Notes: a model not told the origin generated them from the sequence alone. Positions 1 to 12,946 are shown, counted from the first letter of the stretch. The stretch: DNA of 64,000 bases from Eledone cirrhosa (GCA_964016885.1 OZ024757.1:18042001-18106000); one strand, 5' to 3'. A program made the numbers and translations.

Positions 1-75
1 GAACTGCTAGATAGCTTATCCAATAGTGTAAGCTGGCTCACACTGAACGGAATTATCGTATAATAGTATAGGCTA

Positions 76-204
76 ATCTTGCTGAAGACGTGCAATAGCC
101 CGATTACGTAAGTATCAGCTGAATTTGTGCGATTTCATGAACATTGCAGAAGTAAAATCTGTATTTGTAAAGTTATATTACACAGAAACGATCGTCTGGG
201 AAGA
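76..204 (+). ncRNA. Putative type I hammerhead ribozyme with about 80 nt inserted in the stem II loop (PLE terminus)
   Basis: CTGAAGA at 82-88; stem II gtgcaata/tattacac (7 of 8 paired); GAAA at 185-188 then palindromic stem III acgatcgt and GUC; stem I is weak. Confidence 0.45.
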
Positions 205-403
205 AGATATTTACATCTATCTCTAACTAAAAATACAGCCAACTGTCTATTTTAAGCTACATGTGTGCATTCTGAACAGTTGATCGTAGCTGCATAACTG
301 CAATTCGCCAGATTCTTTGAGTGGGCGAGACGCTGGCCGAGGGACACTGAATTTATACCAGCGATCTTCGTTACTTGTTATATATATATATATATATATA
401 TAT

Positions 404-813
404 ATAGGAACGAGTAGGACCGCGACGGTTGAGCTCAAGCCGTTTCGACGGCTAATTCTGGACTGAATTAGCCGTCGAAACGGCTTGAGCTCAGCCGTCG
501 GGGTCCTACTCGTTCCTATTACCCAGTCTACTACCCTAAGTATTGAGTACTTTGGTGCGTTATGGTCCACCTGGTTCCTTACCACATTTCCTTCGTTATA
601 TATATATATATATATATATATATAGGAACGAGTAGGACCCCGACGGCTGAGCTCAAGCCGTTTCGACGGCTAATTCTGGACTAAATTAGCCGTCGAAACG
701 GCTTGAGCTCAGCCGTCGGGGTCCTACTCGTTCCTATTACCCAGTCTACTACCCTAAGTATTGAGTACTTTGGTGCGTTATGGTCCACCTGGTTCCTTAC
801 CACATTTCCTTCG

Positions 814-848
<35 letters not shown>

Positions 849-1035
849 AACGAGTAGGACCCCGACGGCTGAGCTCAAGCCGTTTCGACGGCTAATTCTG
901 GACTGAATTAGCCGTCGAAACGGCTTGAGCTCAGCCGTCGGGGTCCTACTCGTTCCTATTACCCACTCTACTACCCTAAGTATTGAGTACTTTGGTGCGT
1001 TATGGTCCACCTGGTTCCTTACCACATTTTCTTCG

Positions 1036-1037
<2 letters not shown>
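404..1037 (+). mobile_element. Three tandem copies (about 220 bp, (TA)n-spaced) of a fold-back mini-element, probably a PLE terminus
   Basis: Units start at 404, 622 and 844. Each has 54 bp inverted arms around an 8 nt loop (ctggactg) plus a 77 bp unique tail; the right arm has GAAA-cggct..agccg-TC, a hammerhead 3' half. Confidence 0.75.
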
Positions 1038-1071
<34 letters not shown>

Positions 1072-1193
1072 AAATATTTCGTATCTCCAAAGAAATACAG
1101 TTTTAGGAAGCCGTAGCTATGCAAACACCGAGGGGCTTACGCCCTCTGGTGATGACCAGCAGAAGCAAGGGGGACAACCGTCTATGCATTTCA

Positions 1194-1330
1194 GGCCGAG
1201 GTTAGCTTTGCCTTTTATCTTTACGGGGTCGATAAAATAAAGTACCAGTAATACACTGGAGTCGATTTAATCGACTTTCCCCCTCCACTTCAAATTGATG
1301 ACCTTGTGTCTGATTCAGAAACAATTATTA
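1194..1330 (+). mobile_element. SINE, 3' half (long-tail variant)
   Basis: gccgaggttagctttgcctt..ggggtcgataaaataaagtaccagt core followed by gtcgatttaatcgactttcccc tail. Confidence 0.8.
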
Positions 1331-1333
1331 TTA

Positions 1334-1520
1334 GGGTGGTGGATTGGCAGTATCCGTAGAGGGTCGGACGCCATGTTTTGACGCATAGAGTTACGGCCCT
1401 TGCCATTCTGAGTTCAAATCCCGCCGAGGTTAACTTTGCCTTTCATTCTTACAGGGTCGATAAAATAAAGTACCAGTAATGCACTGGGTAATTGCTGGCC
1501 TTGTGCCAAAAGTAGAAAAA
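1334..1520 (+). mobile_element. tRNA-derived SINE with Nin/Deu-like core, full length
   Basis: A-box-like tggcagtatccgta, B-box gagttcaaatccc, core gcctttcat..gggtcgataaaataaagtaccag; more than 10 copies in the window. Confidence 0.9.
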
Positions 1521-1868
1521 AAGTATTATGTTTTTTATCTAGTGCATCATTAGTAGCAATCGAAGGTTAAACAATATATTCAGACAGACGCTAAAATGTT
1601 TACCTTAACATATATTTCTTCTTAGAAAATATATTTTTTAACATTCGGTTTCATTTGTAATAAACAAACAATAAAAATGAGAGAAATTATACATAAAACA
1701 CACAAACAATATAGAGAGAACGAGAAAAAAAAACTCTTTAAATATATAATTGTTTTCTTTGTTACAATTCAGTACAAAGTTGTCGTTCTTTGTTCATGGA
1801 GCTTGAACTTTTTAAGTTCACAACTGATATTTTACTTAATTGGTATAAACACACACACACAAACACAC

Positions 1869-1917
<49 letters not shown>

Positions 1918-2029
1918 CATACATAAATATGTTTATATATATGTACATACATATATATAGATATATACACATACATACATAAATATTTTGATATATATGT
2001 ACATACATATATATATAAACGTATATGTT

Positions 2030-2074
<45 letters not shown>

Positions 2075-2081
<7 letters not shown>

Positions 2082-2544
2082 ATATTAACAAATGGAAACT
2101 ATATTTATAAAACCATATTTATTTCATTATACATATTTCAAGGACACCAAAGCAAATTATGGTGCGCTTTCATCAGATAAAATATAATATAGATCAGTTT
2201 TATAAACAAATATTGACATACCCTGAAAGAATGCGACCATGAATAGACCAATAATAAAATTAGTAACCCCACTATCCGGGAGCTTCCAACCGACATGATC
2301 GCATTCTTTAAGGATATGTCAATATTTGTTTATAAAACTGATCTATATTATATTTTATCTGATGAAAGCGCACCATAATTTGCTTTGATGTCCTTGAAAT
2401 ATGTATAATGAAATAAATATGGTTTTATAAATATAGTTTCCATTTGTTAATATATTGTATTTTTACTCCAAAAATTTGTTGAGTGCTTTATATCAGTTAT
2501 AAAAATATTTGCTTGTTGTATCCCAACAAATTAATTATAACTTC

Positions 2545-2548
<4 letters not shown>
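2075..2548 (+). mobile_element. Fold-back PLE mini-element, family A, with hammerhead motif
   Basis: Inverted arms about 2075-2241 and 2294-2460, 90 bp tail, (TA)n on both sides; CTGATGA at 2359, stem II, GAAAtatgTA. Confidence 0.8.
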
Positions 2549-2585
<37 letters not shown>

Positions 2586-3679
2586 TATATGCAGGTATAC
2601 ATAAGGTGTATAAGCACACACGCACATAAACATGCAGATGCACACATATAGACATGTAGGTACCAACATTGGTATAAGAACACACATAGAAACGAACAAG
2701 CAGACACGCATATGAAGAGTTGTCTAAACATTGAAGCAATGATATTGAGAGATAGATGACCTACATATAGATTGATCTGGACTTGGTCCTCTTCAGGGAG
2801 TTCGAAGAAACGAGGTTCAATCATTCGTAGCAACCGATGTTAACTTCTTTGTCCGTCTCTAAGTGTCTTCACCCTATTTTATTACTATTTTATCACATCT
2901 CCTCGCATGAGCCACTACTCTTTATATACCCATACGTATATTGTCTCTATACGCAAATATATACTTGACGGGCCTGTACGAAAATATATATATTGCATTC
3001 TCCCCCCAACTCTGCAAGAACTGGTGACGGGCCTGCGACCTGTCCTGGGAGGTGTGGGATGCAAGCACAAATATTACGTATCTCGGGACCCCAGAGATGG
3101 TTCGGAAGGGTGCAATTCTTGCCATTTAAAAACGAAAACATTACGACCCTTACAGGCAGGTAGCAGGAACTATTGCAGGAAGCCAGATGCTACCGGCTAG
3201 ATATAGTCGAGGTTTCTAAACATAGATCTGTGGCTCTGCTACTGTAAATTTGGATGGAGGATAGAAACAACTCTATTCAGGTGTGGCACCAGTAATGACT
3301 GCACCAGTGAGAGTAGGGATTCTCACAAGCTCACGACCCCACGACCCTCACAGTAATAAATGGGTGAAGAAGAAGGCGCATGTTTTAGGGGGTTGGGTGC
3401 TCATTTCACGTTCGCAAGACCTTGCGTTCAAATCCCCACAATGACTTGTTTCCGTTAAGCCAAGATGGTGTGTTACACGTTGCTCCAGTAACACAACGTT
3501 AGATATCAGCCCTACCTTTAATACTGTGTCACGCCGAATGCCCTGGAGAATTACATTGAGGGTACATGTGTTTGTGGAATACTCAACCACGTGCAGGTTA
3601 ATTTCTCGAGGAGTTTCTTCCTTTGATCGATTGAATAAGAACACTCAACGTCGAAATCGATGGAGCACCCTTCCTCCCA

Positions 3680-3955
3680 GATGGTGTAGGACAGAACCAA
3701 GGAGAGACACACACAAAATAAAAACCTAGTCACTGAGGAGGTCACAGAATGTGTGACGAAAGAGGTTTTACAGTATATACACAACCCTCCGGTTATGGAA
3801 CTAATCAATCAACTGGAAATTTACGATACACTGAAGTGAAAACCAACATATCCGTGTGCTTTATTAGAAACATGACCCTCCCAAAGTACAACAATATCTT
3901 ATTCAACACACGTTTTCAGGTAAGAAATCTCACAAAACAAATTAAAAAACGAAGT
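3680..3955 (+). mobile_element. PLE-like terminal repeat, family B, with hammerhead motif
   Basis: gtca CTGAGGA g gtcac agaatgt gtgac GAAA at about 3729-3761; clearly homologous to 18588-18896; ends at (TA)n. Confidence 0.6.
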
Positions 3956-4394
3956 ATATATATATATAGCGTTTGTAAGTAAACTGCCAATTTGTTTGTC
4001 TCAAACCTTACCCCATATATATATATGTTCTCTCTTCTATGTGTACTGATAAAGTTCTCACTTCATCCATAGAGTGGAGTACTCCTTCGCAGAGATACTA
4101 TCAAATAGCTTATAAAATAAGGTGAACACCCTTTGAGACGGAAATAGGATGTGACATCGGCCGCTACGAGAATTTCGAACCTTGCGTCTCCCGCCAATAT
4201 CGAGTTCGGTTCTTCAAAGCAACCGATGGCAGTTTCATTTTTTCGTGTTTAACCATTTAGCATAAACCGGCAATATCTGGTCAGAATTCTATCACCTCTT
4301 TCTGTTCAAACCGGCCATAACCGGCTGCTCATCATGATGTAAATGTATTGTTCTCCAAATAAATAAGTTCAAAATGTCATAGATTCGGTATCTC

Positions 4395-4550
4395 TATCTA
4401 AGGCGGGTAAAATTCCCGAGATCCGTGGACGAGTTCTCTCCAGCGGTCTCTGTCCCTCATTATCGCTGCCATGTCCTGCATCTCCAACAGACCAGTGTCT
4501 GTCCTTAGGGCATCAACATACGTTAACCTTGGTCTTCCTCTTCTAGTGTG
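4395..4550 (-). mobile_element. RTE-clade LINE 3' end fragment
   Basis: Minus strand reads HTRRGRPRLTYVDALRTDTGLLEMQDMAAIMRDRDRWRELVH; homologous to 18080-18145. Confidence 0.75.
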
Positions 4551-4572
4551 TATTATGTGAGATAATATATAT

Positions 4573-4759
4573 TAATTGTTTCTACTTTTGGCACCTGGCC
4601 AGCAATTACCCAGTGCATTACTGGTACTTTATTTTATCGACCCCGTATGGATGAAAGGCAAAGTTAACCTCGGCGGGATTTGAACTCAGAATGGCAAAGA
4701 CCGTAACTCTATGCGTCAAAGCATGGCGTCCGACCCTCTACCGATACTGCCAATTCACC
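4573..4759 (-). mobile_element. tRNA-derived SINE
   Basis: Reverse complement of the 1334-1520 family. Confidence 0.9.
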
Positions 4760-5115
4760 ATATATAGATTAATGAAAATGATCAAGGATTAAAGGCGTTC
4801 AATTTATATTATAAGCTACTTTATAGTATCTCCGCGCACGAGCACACCACTCTTTATATCAACTGTATCCCCTCAGTGCTTTGTAAGATGCGAAATGTCG
4901 GCTATATATATTTTTGTAATGTTCTTCAACAACAATGCTACTCCGAAATTAGAAAATGTTACATCTTTGCTGTCTTCCAATATAAGAATTATTTTAAAGT
5001 TTTATCAGTTTATAAGCTTCTCAATATAAATGTCTTGAGATTGAAAACAGACCATATTCGTTAAGAGTCCATAAACATTGGGAAAAACAGCATAAATGTG
5101 GTATTGTAAGGTTAA

Positions 5116-5309
5116 TAATTGTTTCTACTGTTGGCACAAGGCCAGCAATTACTCAATGCATTACTGGTACTTTATTTTATCGACCCCCGTAAGGATGAAA
5201 GGCAAAGTTAACCTCGGCGGGATTTGAACCCAGAACGGCAAGAGCCGTAACTCTATGCGTCAAAGCATGGTGTCCCCAACCCTCTACCCATACTGCCAAT
5301 CCACCGCCC
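5116..5309 (-). mobile_element. tRNA-derived SINE with probable target-site duplication
   Basis: Full SINE flanked by gtaaggttaataat (5106-5119) and gttaggttaataat (5310-5323). Confidence 0.9.
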
Positions 5310-5450
5310 GTTAGGTTAATAATCTTTACGAACTTAGAAGAATATGTCTGTAAATGGTGAACATTAGAATGAAATGGAGATATGGTTACAGATACATGAT
5401 ACTATATGAATGAAGAACCATTAATATAAATACGAGAAGCCATATATGTT

Positions 5451-5492
<42 letters not shown>

Positions 5493-5495
<3 letters not shown>

Positions 5496-5850
5496 AAAGT
5501 TATATTTAAATTGTTGGGTTACAACTAGTAAATATTTATAACTGATATAAAAGCACTCAACAAGTATTTGGAGTATATTTACGATATTAAATAAATGGAA
5601 ACTATATTTATAAAACCATATCTATTTCATTATATATATTTCAGGGATATCATATTAACAATATGTTATGCCTTCTTTTCAAATACAAGTCGATGTTGAA
5701 CGGTATGTCAAATCTATTTATTTATAAAACTGTCTATATTGTATTTTGTCTGAAGAAGGCATAACATATTGTTAATATGATATCCCTGAAATATATATAA
5801 TGAAATAGATATGGTTTTATAAATATAGTTTCCATTTATTTAATATCGTA
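5493..5850 (-). mobile_element. Fold-back PLE mini-element, family A (tail on the left)
   Basis: Arms about 5580-5674 and 5755-5850; 5493-5579 is the reverse complement of the family A tail; CTGAAGA..GAAAtatata on the right arm; (TA)n flanks. Confidence 0.8.
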
Positions 5851-6121
5851 TATATATATATATATATATGACTCTTCCGCTTTCCCTACACACATGATAT
5901 ATCAACTTTTGTATATAATCATTGGCGTATCTAGTGCGGTGAAATGCTTAGCAAATACAGAAAATAAGTATCAATAGAGCATATTTAATGGAGTATATAT
6001 CACAGTAGACGGAAAAATATGGTAACGTTCTCCCGTCCTATTGGTGTGTATATATATATATATATATATATTTTATATATATATATATATATAAATATTT
6101 TATATATATATATATATATAA

Positions 6122-6169
<48 letters not shown>

Positions 6170-8565
6170 AGTGAAATGACAGGAGGCCAAATATCTTGAA
6201 TTTCCTTAACTTTTTATTACTTTAAACACTATGCACATTTCAGTGGTTAGGTTGCACACATGCATACATCACACAAGTAGGGCTGTGATACATCGTGAGT
6301 GTGACACGTCTGTACTGTAGAGATACATAGTAATTCACGATATTTCAAGAAAACAGCAATATTAATATACATGGGAGAGTGTAATATTATATATTGAGAA
6401 GGGAAATACGAATGGGAATCTAAACATGGGTGATATCACATGTTAGAAATAGCAGTCAGATTTGCTTATATGGTCAAGAGTGTATTTGATAATAGAATCC
6501 TAAATATATTTAATAAAAGGTAGGTAGGGTGCCGGAGATGATTATTTGCGAAACAAGTTCCTTCTGTCCGTAGTTGACATTCATCTATCATATTTCCCAA
6601 GTGGATAAATAAATTGATAATCCATTACTGGGGCCCTCTCTTTCTCTCTCTCTCTAGGTGAGACTGCTAGGTTACACAAGGCCCAAGCACGACCTTATTA
6701 TTTAAAACAAACATTCGTTATTTGAGAGCTATTTATCTTCTATTTCTAGCACCTCAACCTCCCCCTATGCATCGTTATTTTCCTATTATTATCGATGAAT
6801 ATATATTAATAAAGGTGATTAGTGGCTTAGCTTTATTCTTTGTATGTTGCTATTGAATTGGAGCCATTTTAATTACAATTACGGACACCTGCTCCTCTAT
6901 AAGACCTGAAATACTGACGAACAAATTAATTGAACTTTTCGTTTCATTCTTTTGTGAGAATTTCATCACAACATGGATATATGAGAACGATAGATTTTTG
7001 TCCAGGGTTGAGAAGAAGAAGGAACAAGACAATAGAGAAGAGAACCAATTACCAAGTGCCAATATAAATGTCAAAATTATAGAGAAAACTAATAAAGAAT
7101 TTATTTTAAAATTATTTATTAATTTAAAGCAAATATTTGTTCAGAGAAATACAGAGAGAAAAAATATTAATAAGCTCAAATAATTATAATATTTCTTTTA
7201 TTATTTATTTTTAATAAGAGTTATTCCATCTATCAACAAATTAATTATCTCATGGATTGTTCTGTGTGTATAAAAGATATAAGTATGCAAATTTAATGTG
7301 TAAAATACATAAATAGTTGATGAATTGTTTGGCTCAGGAAATTAAGTTGATAATTTAAATTTGCTCTTAATAATGAGAAAAATAGAGAGAAAATATATAC
7401 ATTTGTGTCGTTTAGAAATCATTATTCGTAGCTTTCGTGGTGTTTTGCAAGAACCAATTACATTTGAAGGGGAATTACCATCTCCCATTGAAAACATACA
7501 TCTGCGCCAAGATTCTTACAATAAATGAAGTGATAGAGTGAACCGTGTTCTATGAAAATTCATTTATTTTCCATTTATAATATATATATATGACAAGTAA
7601 TAATATAATAAAATAATGAAATAATAAAAATAATAATAATCAAAATGGCAGTACGAATTTTAGACAAAAATGAATACCCACTAATTTTGTTACCATAAAT
7701 TTACACACACAAATTTATACATACATACATACATACATACATACATACCTATATATTTATAAACATAAATACACATTTAGACGTATATATAGGTATATTT
7801 GTATGTATGTATGTATGTATGTATGTATGTATGTATGTATGTATGTATGTATGTATGTATGTATGTATGTATGTATGTATGTATGTATGTATATATGTAT
7901 GTATGTATGTATGTATGTGTGTGTATAGCTATATATGTTTGAAGTTTGAAGTAAGAGGTTGAGAGAGTGAGAGAGAGAGAGAGCAAGTGAGTGAGTGCGA
8001 GAGACAGAGAGAAAGAGAATGCGAGGGAGAGAGAGAGAGCATTAAAGAAAACGCGAGAGTTAGAGAGAAGGAGAAGGAGAGATAGAAGAGTGTGGGGGAG
8101 TGCGAGAACGAGAGAAGGGGGAGAAAGTGAGAGAGAGAAAACTATTTATTTCAGAAATGTTTAGCATGGAACGATTGTCTTATCATCCAGCTATGCACTC
8201 TATCGAGAAACACTAAAGACACTGTGAAGGAACCCCATTTCGGTTGCTTGTATTCACAATGTACACATTATTTAAACGTGTATCTTTAATTTAATTCTTT
8301 AGTTGACTCAGTGTGAAGAGATACAGACAAAAGGTGGATATTTGACGGGATTCGAACCTGTCTCTGTCTACCGAATTTCAAGTGCAATTCTTTGTTCGAA
8401 TAAATCAGGGGCTATGGTAAGACAATTGCTTGAGGTTCCCCCAGTAGGAACGAAAAGGGAAACTGATGAATGATCAAAATGGAGTTCATAATAGGACTTT
8501 GTTAATGAAGGATGTCTGTCTTGTTGAGGGATTCTTAAGTACTCATCATCAACATCTATATATAA

Positions 8566-8992
8566 AAATTCAAATATTAACAAAATAGATGTTCTTGTGA
8601 TCAATTAAATTTTATTATACATAATTCAGAGGTACTTGAATCAAGTTCAACAGTACGTCCTCATTAGATAAAATAAAATGACATACCCTGACACGGTAGA
8701 TGGTTAAGAATTAATCAAGGTAGTCAAGGTACTACCTTGATTAAATCTTAACCATCTAACATGTCAGGGTATGTCATGTATCATTTTATTTTATCTGATG
8801 AGGACGTACTGTTAAACTTGATTCAAACTACCTCTGAATGTATAATAAAATTTAATTGATCACAAAAACATCTATTTTGTTAATATTTGAATTTAATATT
8901 AATAGCTCTGGAAAATATTTCTTGTAGAGTGCTTCCAATCTACTGTAAAACTCATTCTTTGATGTACTCATTGAATCTTGTGTTAACTCTTT
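8566..8992 (+). mobile_element. Fold-back PLE mini-element, diverged family A relative
   Basis: Arms 8566-8724 and 8731-8894, 6 nt loop; ttttatCTGATGA at 8795; shares gacataccctg, atattaacaaa and tail gagtgctt motifs with family A; GAAA motif degenerate. Confidence 0.7.
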
Positions 8993-9119
8993 AAAAAATA
9001 TATATATATATATATAGTATATAGATAGTATTAGCAATTGGAAAGACCAATGGAAACATTGTTTCCCCGGTCCGATTTGACGAAAGTCGATCGACAAAAA
9101 AAAAAAAATATATATATAT

Positions 9120-9303
9120 GTTTCTACGTTAGGCACAAGGCCAGCAATTACCCAGTGCATTACTGGTACTTTATTTTATCTACCCCGTAAGGATGAAAGG
9201 CAAAGTCAACCTCGGCGGGATTTGAACTCAGATCGTAAAGGGACATAACTATGCTGGAAAGCATGGCGTCCGACCCTCTACCGATACTGCCAATCCACCG
9301 CCC
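9120..9303 (-). mobile_element. tRNA-derived SINE
   Basis: Full reverse-complement copy. Confidence 0.9.
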
Positions 9304-9316
9304 TATATATATATAT

Positions 9317-9366
9317 CAGTCCAGTATTAGCCGTCGAAACGGCTTGAGCTCAGCCGTCGGGGTCCT
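9317..9366. mobile_element. Fragment of the 404-1037 fold-back family
   Basis: cagtccagtattagccgtcgaaacggcttgagctcagccgtcggggtcct is the loop (opposite strand) plus one arm. Confidence 0.85.
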
Positions 9367-9369
9367 TAC

Positions 9370-10148
9370 GTATGAATGTATGCCTGTGTGTGTGTGCTTG
9401 TGTATGTGTGCTTGAATGTATGCCTGTATGTGTATGTGTGTATGAATGTATGCTCGTGTGTGTGTGTGTGTGTGTGTGCGTGTGTATGAATGTATGCCTG
9501 TGTGTGTGTATGTGAATGTATGCCTGTGTGTGTGTGTGTGTGTGTGAATGTATGCCTGTGTGTGTGTGTGTGTGAATGTATGCCTGTGTGTGTGTGTGAA
9601 TGTATGCCTGTGTGTGTGTGTGTATGAATGTATGCCTGTGTGTGTGTGTGTCTGTATGAATGTATGCCTGTGTGTGCGTGTGTGTGTGAATGTATACCTG
9701 TGAATGTATGCCTGTGTGTGTGTCTGAATGTTTGCCTATGTGTTTGTGAATGTATGCCTGTGTGTGTGTGAATGTATGCCTGTGTCTGTGTCTGAATGTA
9801 TGCCTGTGTGTGTGTCTGTATGAATGTATGCCTGTGTGTGTGTGAATGTATGCCTGTGTATGTATGCCTGTGTTTGTGTGTATGTGTGTGTGTGTGAATG
9901 TATGCCTGTGTGCGTGTGTGTGTGTGTGAATGTATGCCTGTGTGTGTGTGTGTGTGTGAATGTATGCCTGTGAATGTATGCCTGTGTTTGTGTCTGAATG
10001 TATGCCTGTGTGAATGTATGCCTGTGTCTGTGTGTGTGTCTGAATGTATGCCTGTGTGTGTGTGTGTCTGTATGACTATGCCTGTGTGTGTGTGTCTATG
10101 AATGTATGCCTGTGTGTGAGTGTGTGTGTGTGTCTGTAAGAATGTATG

Positions 10149-10199
<51 letters not shown>

Positions 10200-10210
10200 A
10201 TGTATGTGTG
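9370..10210. repeat. Composite minisatellite gaatgtatgcct-(gt)n
   Basis: Constant 12-mer separated by variable-length (GT)n, about 30 units. Confidence 0.9.
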
Positions 10211-10926
10211 TATTAATTTCCAACTCAAAGTTACTTTCAACCATGCGATAATAGTCTAGTTACTTTTCTCTAACTCAATTTCCGTTCATTTATTGCTTTG
10301 CTACGTCTCACAGTTTGTTAAAGCAACACTGTAGACTGTCACCTCCTGACATGGAAACCACGACATATACACACACACATACACACACTGACACACACAC
10401 ACTGACACACAGACACACACCCACACACATGTACATACATGTACACACAGACAAACAAAGAGACACACACACATACAGAGACACACACCCACAAACATGT
10501 ACACACACACACAAACAGACACACACACCCAGAGACACACACACACACAGAGACACACACATAGACCCACATACAGACCAGACCCCCACATACAGACCCA
10601 CACACACAGAGACACACACACAGACAGACAGACACACACACACACATATCCCTAACAATTCTTTCTCTCTCCGTTTCATTCTCTACACGATAGCAATTGT
10701 CATAGCTAGAATCATGACGTCCTTCCTCTCTCCCTCTCGCCTTAAATCCGTCTGTCCTCTCTTCCTCTCTCCCTCTCACCAGCTATCTATCTATTTACCC
10801 ACCTACCCACCCTTCTATCGATCTATCAAAATAATTATCTATCTCCCTCCCTACCTACTTATCCCGCTATCTCTCAACCTACCTCTCTATCTATCCAACG
10901 ATTAATATTTATCAATCTCCAAAAGA

Positions 10927-11142
10927 GGCGGTGGATTGGCAGTATCGGTAAAGGGTTGGACGCCATGCTTTGAAGCATAGAGTTACGGCCCTTTACGATC
11001 CGAGCTCAAATCCCGCCGAGTTTAACTCTGCCTTTCATCCTTACGGGGGTCGATAAAATAAAGTACCAGTCACGCACTGGGGTCGATCTAATCGACTTTC
11101 CCCTCCCCCAAAATTAATGGCCTTGTGCCTATATAAGAAACC
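10927..11142 (+). mobile_element. tRNA-derived SINE (long-tail variant)
   Basis: Head and core as in other copies; tail ggggtcgatctaatcgactttcccctccccc. Confidence 0.9.
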
Positions 11143-11628
11143 ATATTTATCTATCTCCCTACCTCCCTATCAACCTCTCTGTCTATGCCCTACCTATCTA
11201 TCTCTCCATCTATCTACCTGCCTCCCTATCTATCTCCCTCCCTACCTAACAACCTCTCTGTCCTACCAACCTCTATCTATCTCTCTCTCTATCTAACCTC
11301 TACCTCTCTATCTATCTCTCTCTCTCTCTATCTAACTCCCTACCTCTCTCTCTAACTCCCTACCTCTCTCTCTAACTCCCTACCTCTCTCTCTAACTCCC
11401 TACCTCTCTATCTATCCAACAATTAATCTAACTATTTATCAATATACCTACCTACATATCTTCCTACCCATCTATCCGTATTTATCTATGTCTTCTCTCT
11501 CTACCTCCCTTACTATGTACCTACCTACCTACCTACCCATTCATTTATATGTGTGTCTATCGATTTACGTCATTACCAATCCACGTATCTCCCTATCTAC
11601 CTCTCTATGTAACTACCTACCTATCTAT

Positions 11629-12162
11629 AAGCCGCCTCCCTTCTTCAAAAACGAAGGAGAGGCGGTGTTTCTGTGCGTAATAGCCATGGCGAAAGAGGTT
11701 GTATGGTGGACGCGTCTGAAAGGACTGAGGTCAGACACCTTTCTCTCTGGCCAACAACTGGTCCGTTTCTTCCGATATCATTTCGGAAGAAGGGTCAGGA
11801 TGGAGAGAGAGGTGCTGCACCCCAGTCGTTTTTATGAAAGATGGGTGAAAGTGGCGAGAATGGCCCGTGTGAATGGGCCTTCACTCTACATCAGACTATA
11901 GGTGAGGAAGATGAAAGACCAAGGGAGCACCCCTTCTCTGTGCTCCTGAGGAAAAGGGTTGCACACTTTTTTTCGGGGGTGTGTGCGACCCCCCAAGGCG
12001 CCTCCTCTCTATTGAGGATTTTGTTATAAATTTTATTCTGTTATATTTTATTTTATTTTTATATTTTGTTATTGCCTCCTCCTTATTGAGGACGCCTTGT
12101 TTTGTAAACTCCCCCCATTGTACTTGTCCCACTTTTGATGCCCTGGTGGCAAATAAAAGAAA
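11629..12162 (+). mobile_element. 5'-truncated L1/Tx1-like LINE (ORF2 C-terminus and 3' UTR)
   Basis: PPFFKNEGEAVFLCVIAMAKEVVWWTR..F..RW to the stop at 11901 resembles Tx1 ORF2 ends; UTR ends aataaaagaaa; two more UTR copies in the window. Confidence 0.65.
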
Positions 12163-12195
12163 CATATCTATGTAATTAAGATAAATAAATAAAGA

Positions 12196-12226
<31 letters not shown>

Positions 12227-12228
12227 AT

Positions 12229-12490
12229 CCCTCATTATCAGCCTGTAGGTTGAGGGAAAAGAAGGAGGAGAGGAAAGGAGTACAAACTCTTCGTACTCCT
12301 GGAGATGAGGGTTGCACATTTTTTTTCGGGGGTATGTGTTACCCATATAAACTGTCTCCCCCTATTGGGGAAGATAGACTAATTTTTAAATTACATTTGT
12401 GATAATATTTTACACGTTTTTATTGTATGTAAACTTCCCCCCTTTGTATTTGTCCCCTTCTTTTGCGCCCCTGTGGCTAATAAAGAAACA
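12229..12490 (+). mobile_element. Diverged 3' UTR copy of the same Tx1-like LINE
   Basis: gggttgcaca..ttcggggg..tgtcccc..gcccctgtggctaataaagaaa matches 11900-12162. Confidence 0.7.
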
Positions 12491-12518
12491 TATCTATGTA
12501 TATATGTAACTACCTATG

Positions 12519-12549
<31 letters not shown>

Positions 12550-12946
12550 ATATCTATCGATATATCCTTCCAGTTATCTACCTATCTATGTAACTACCTA
12601 GCTCTCTACCAGTCTATCTATCTACCAACCTATCAACATATCTTACCTACCCACCCACCCACCTACCTACCTAACTACCTACCTACCAATCTATCTATCT
12701 ATATAGCTATCTGTGTCTCTCTCACTTCTTAACATGCTAGCAATTGTCAGTGTGAAATTCAGATGACATTCCAAGGCTGAGTACCTTTTCCGACAACTAT
12801 ACCGACCAGAAGTCGTGCAGTTTGATTTGACTTTCAAGCAGAATATGTTAAAAGCCTCTGGCGCTATGGCTAATTCAAAAGTGTCCTCTCTCTGCACTCC
12901 CCAGCTCCTCTTCCCCGTCATTTTCATTGTATGTGTGCGTGTGAGT

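Noticed and set aside
247-1240. Repeated ORFs VRNQVDHNAPKYS.. on both strands
   Set aside because: They arise from the tandem palindromic unit and run through (TA)n; no recognisable domain.
1334-1430. tRNA gene (A and B boxes)
   Set aside because: It is a SINE head; no full cloverleaf, and it is always attached to the SINE body.
6165-7560. Possible old minus-strand PLE (GAAAtgtgcaTA, KELVSQ, KMAP, FID strings)
   Set aside because: Motifs are too degenerate to support by eye and no CUGANGA partner was found.
9370-10210. Constant repeat with variable spacers
   Set aside because: The spacers are only (GT)n length variants.
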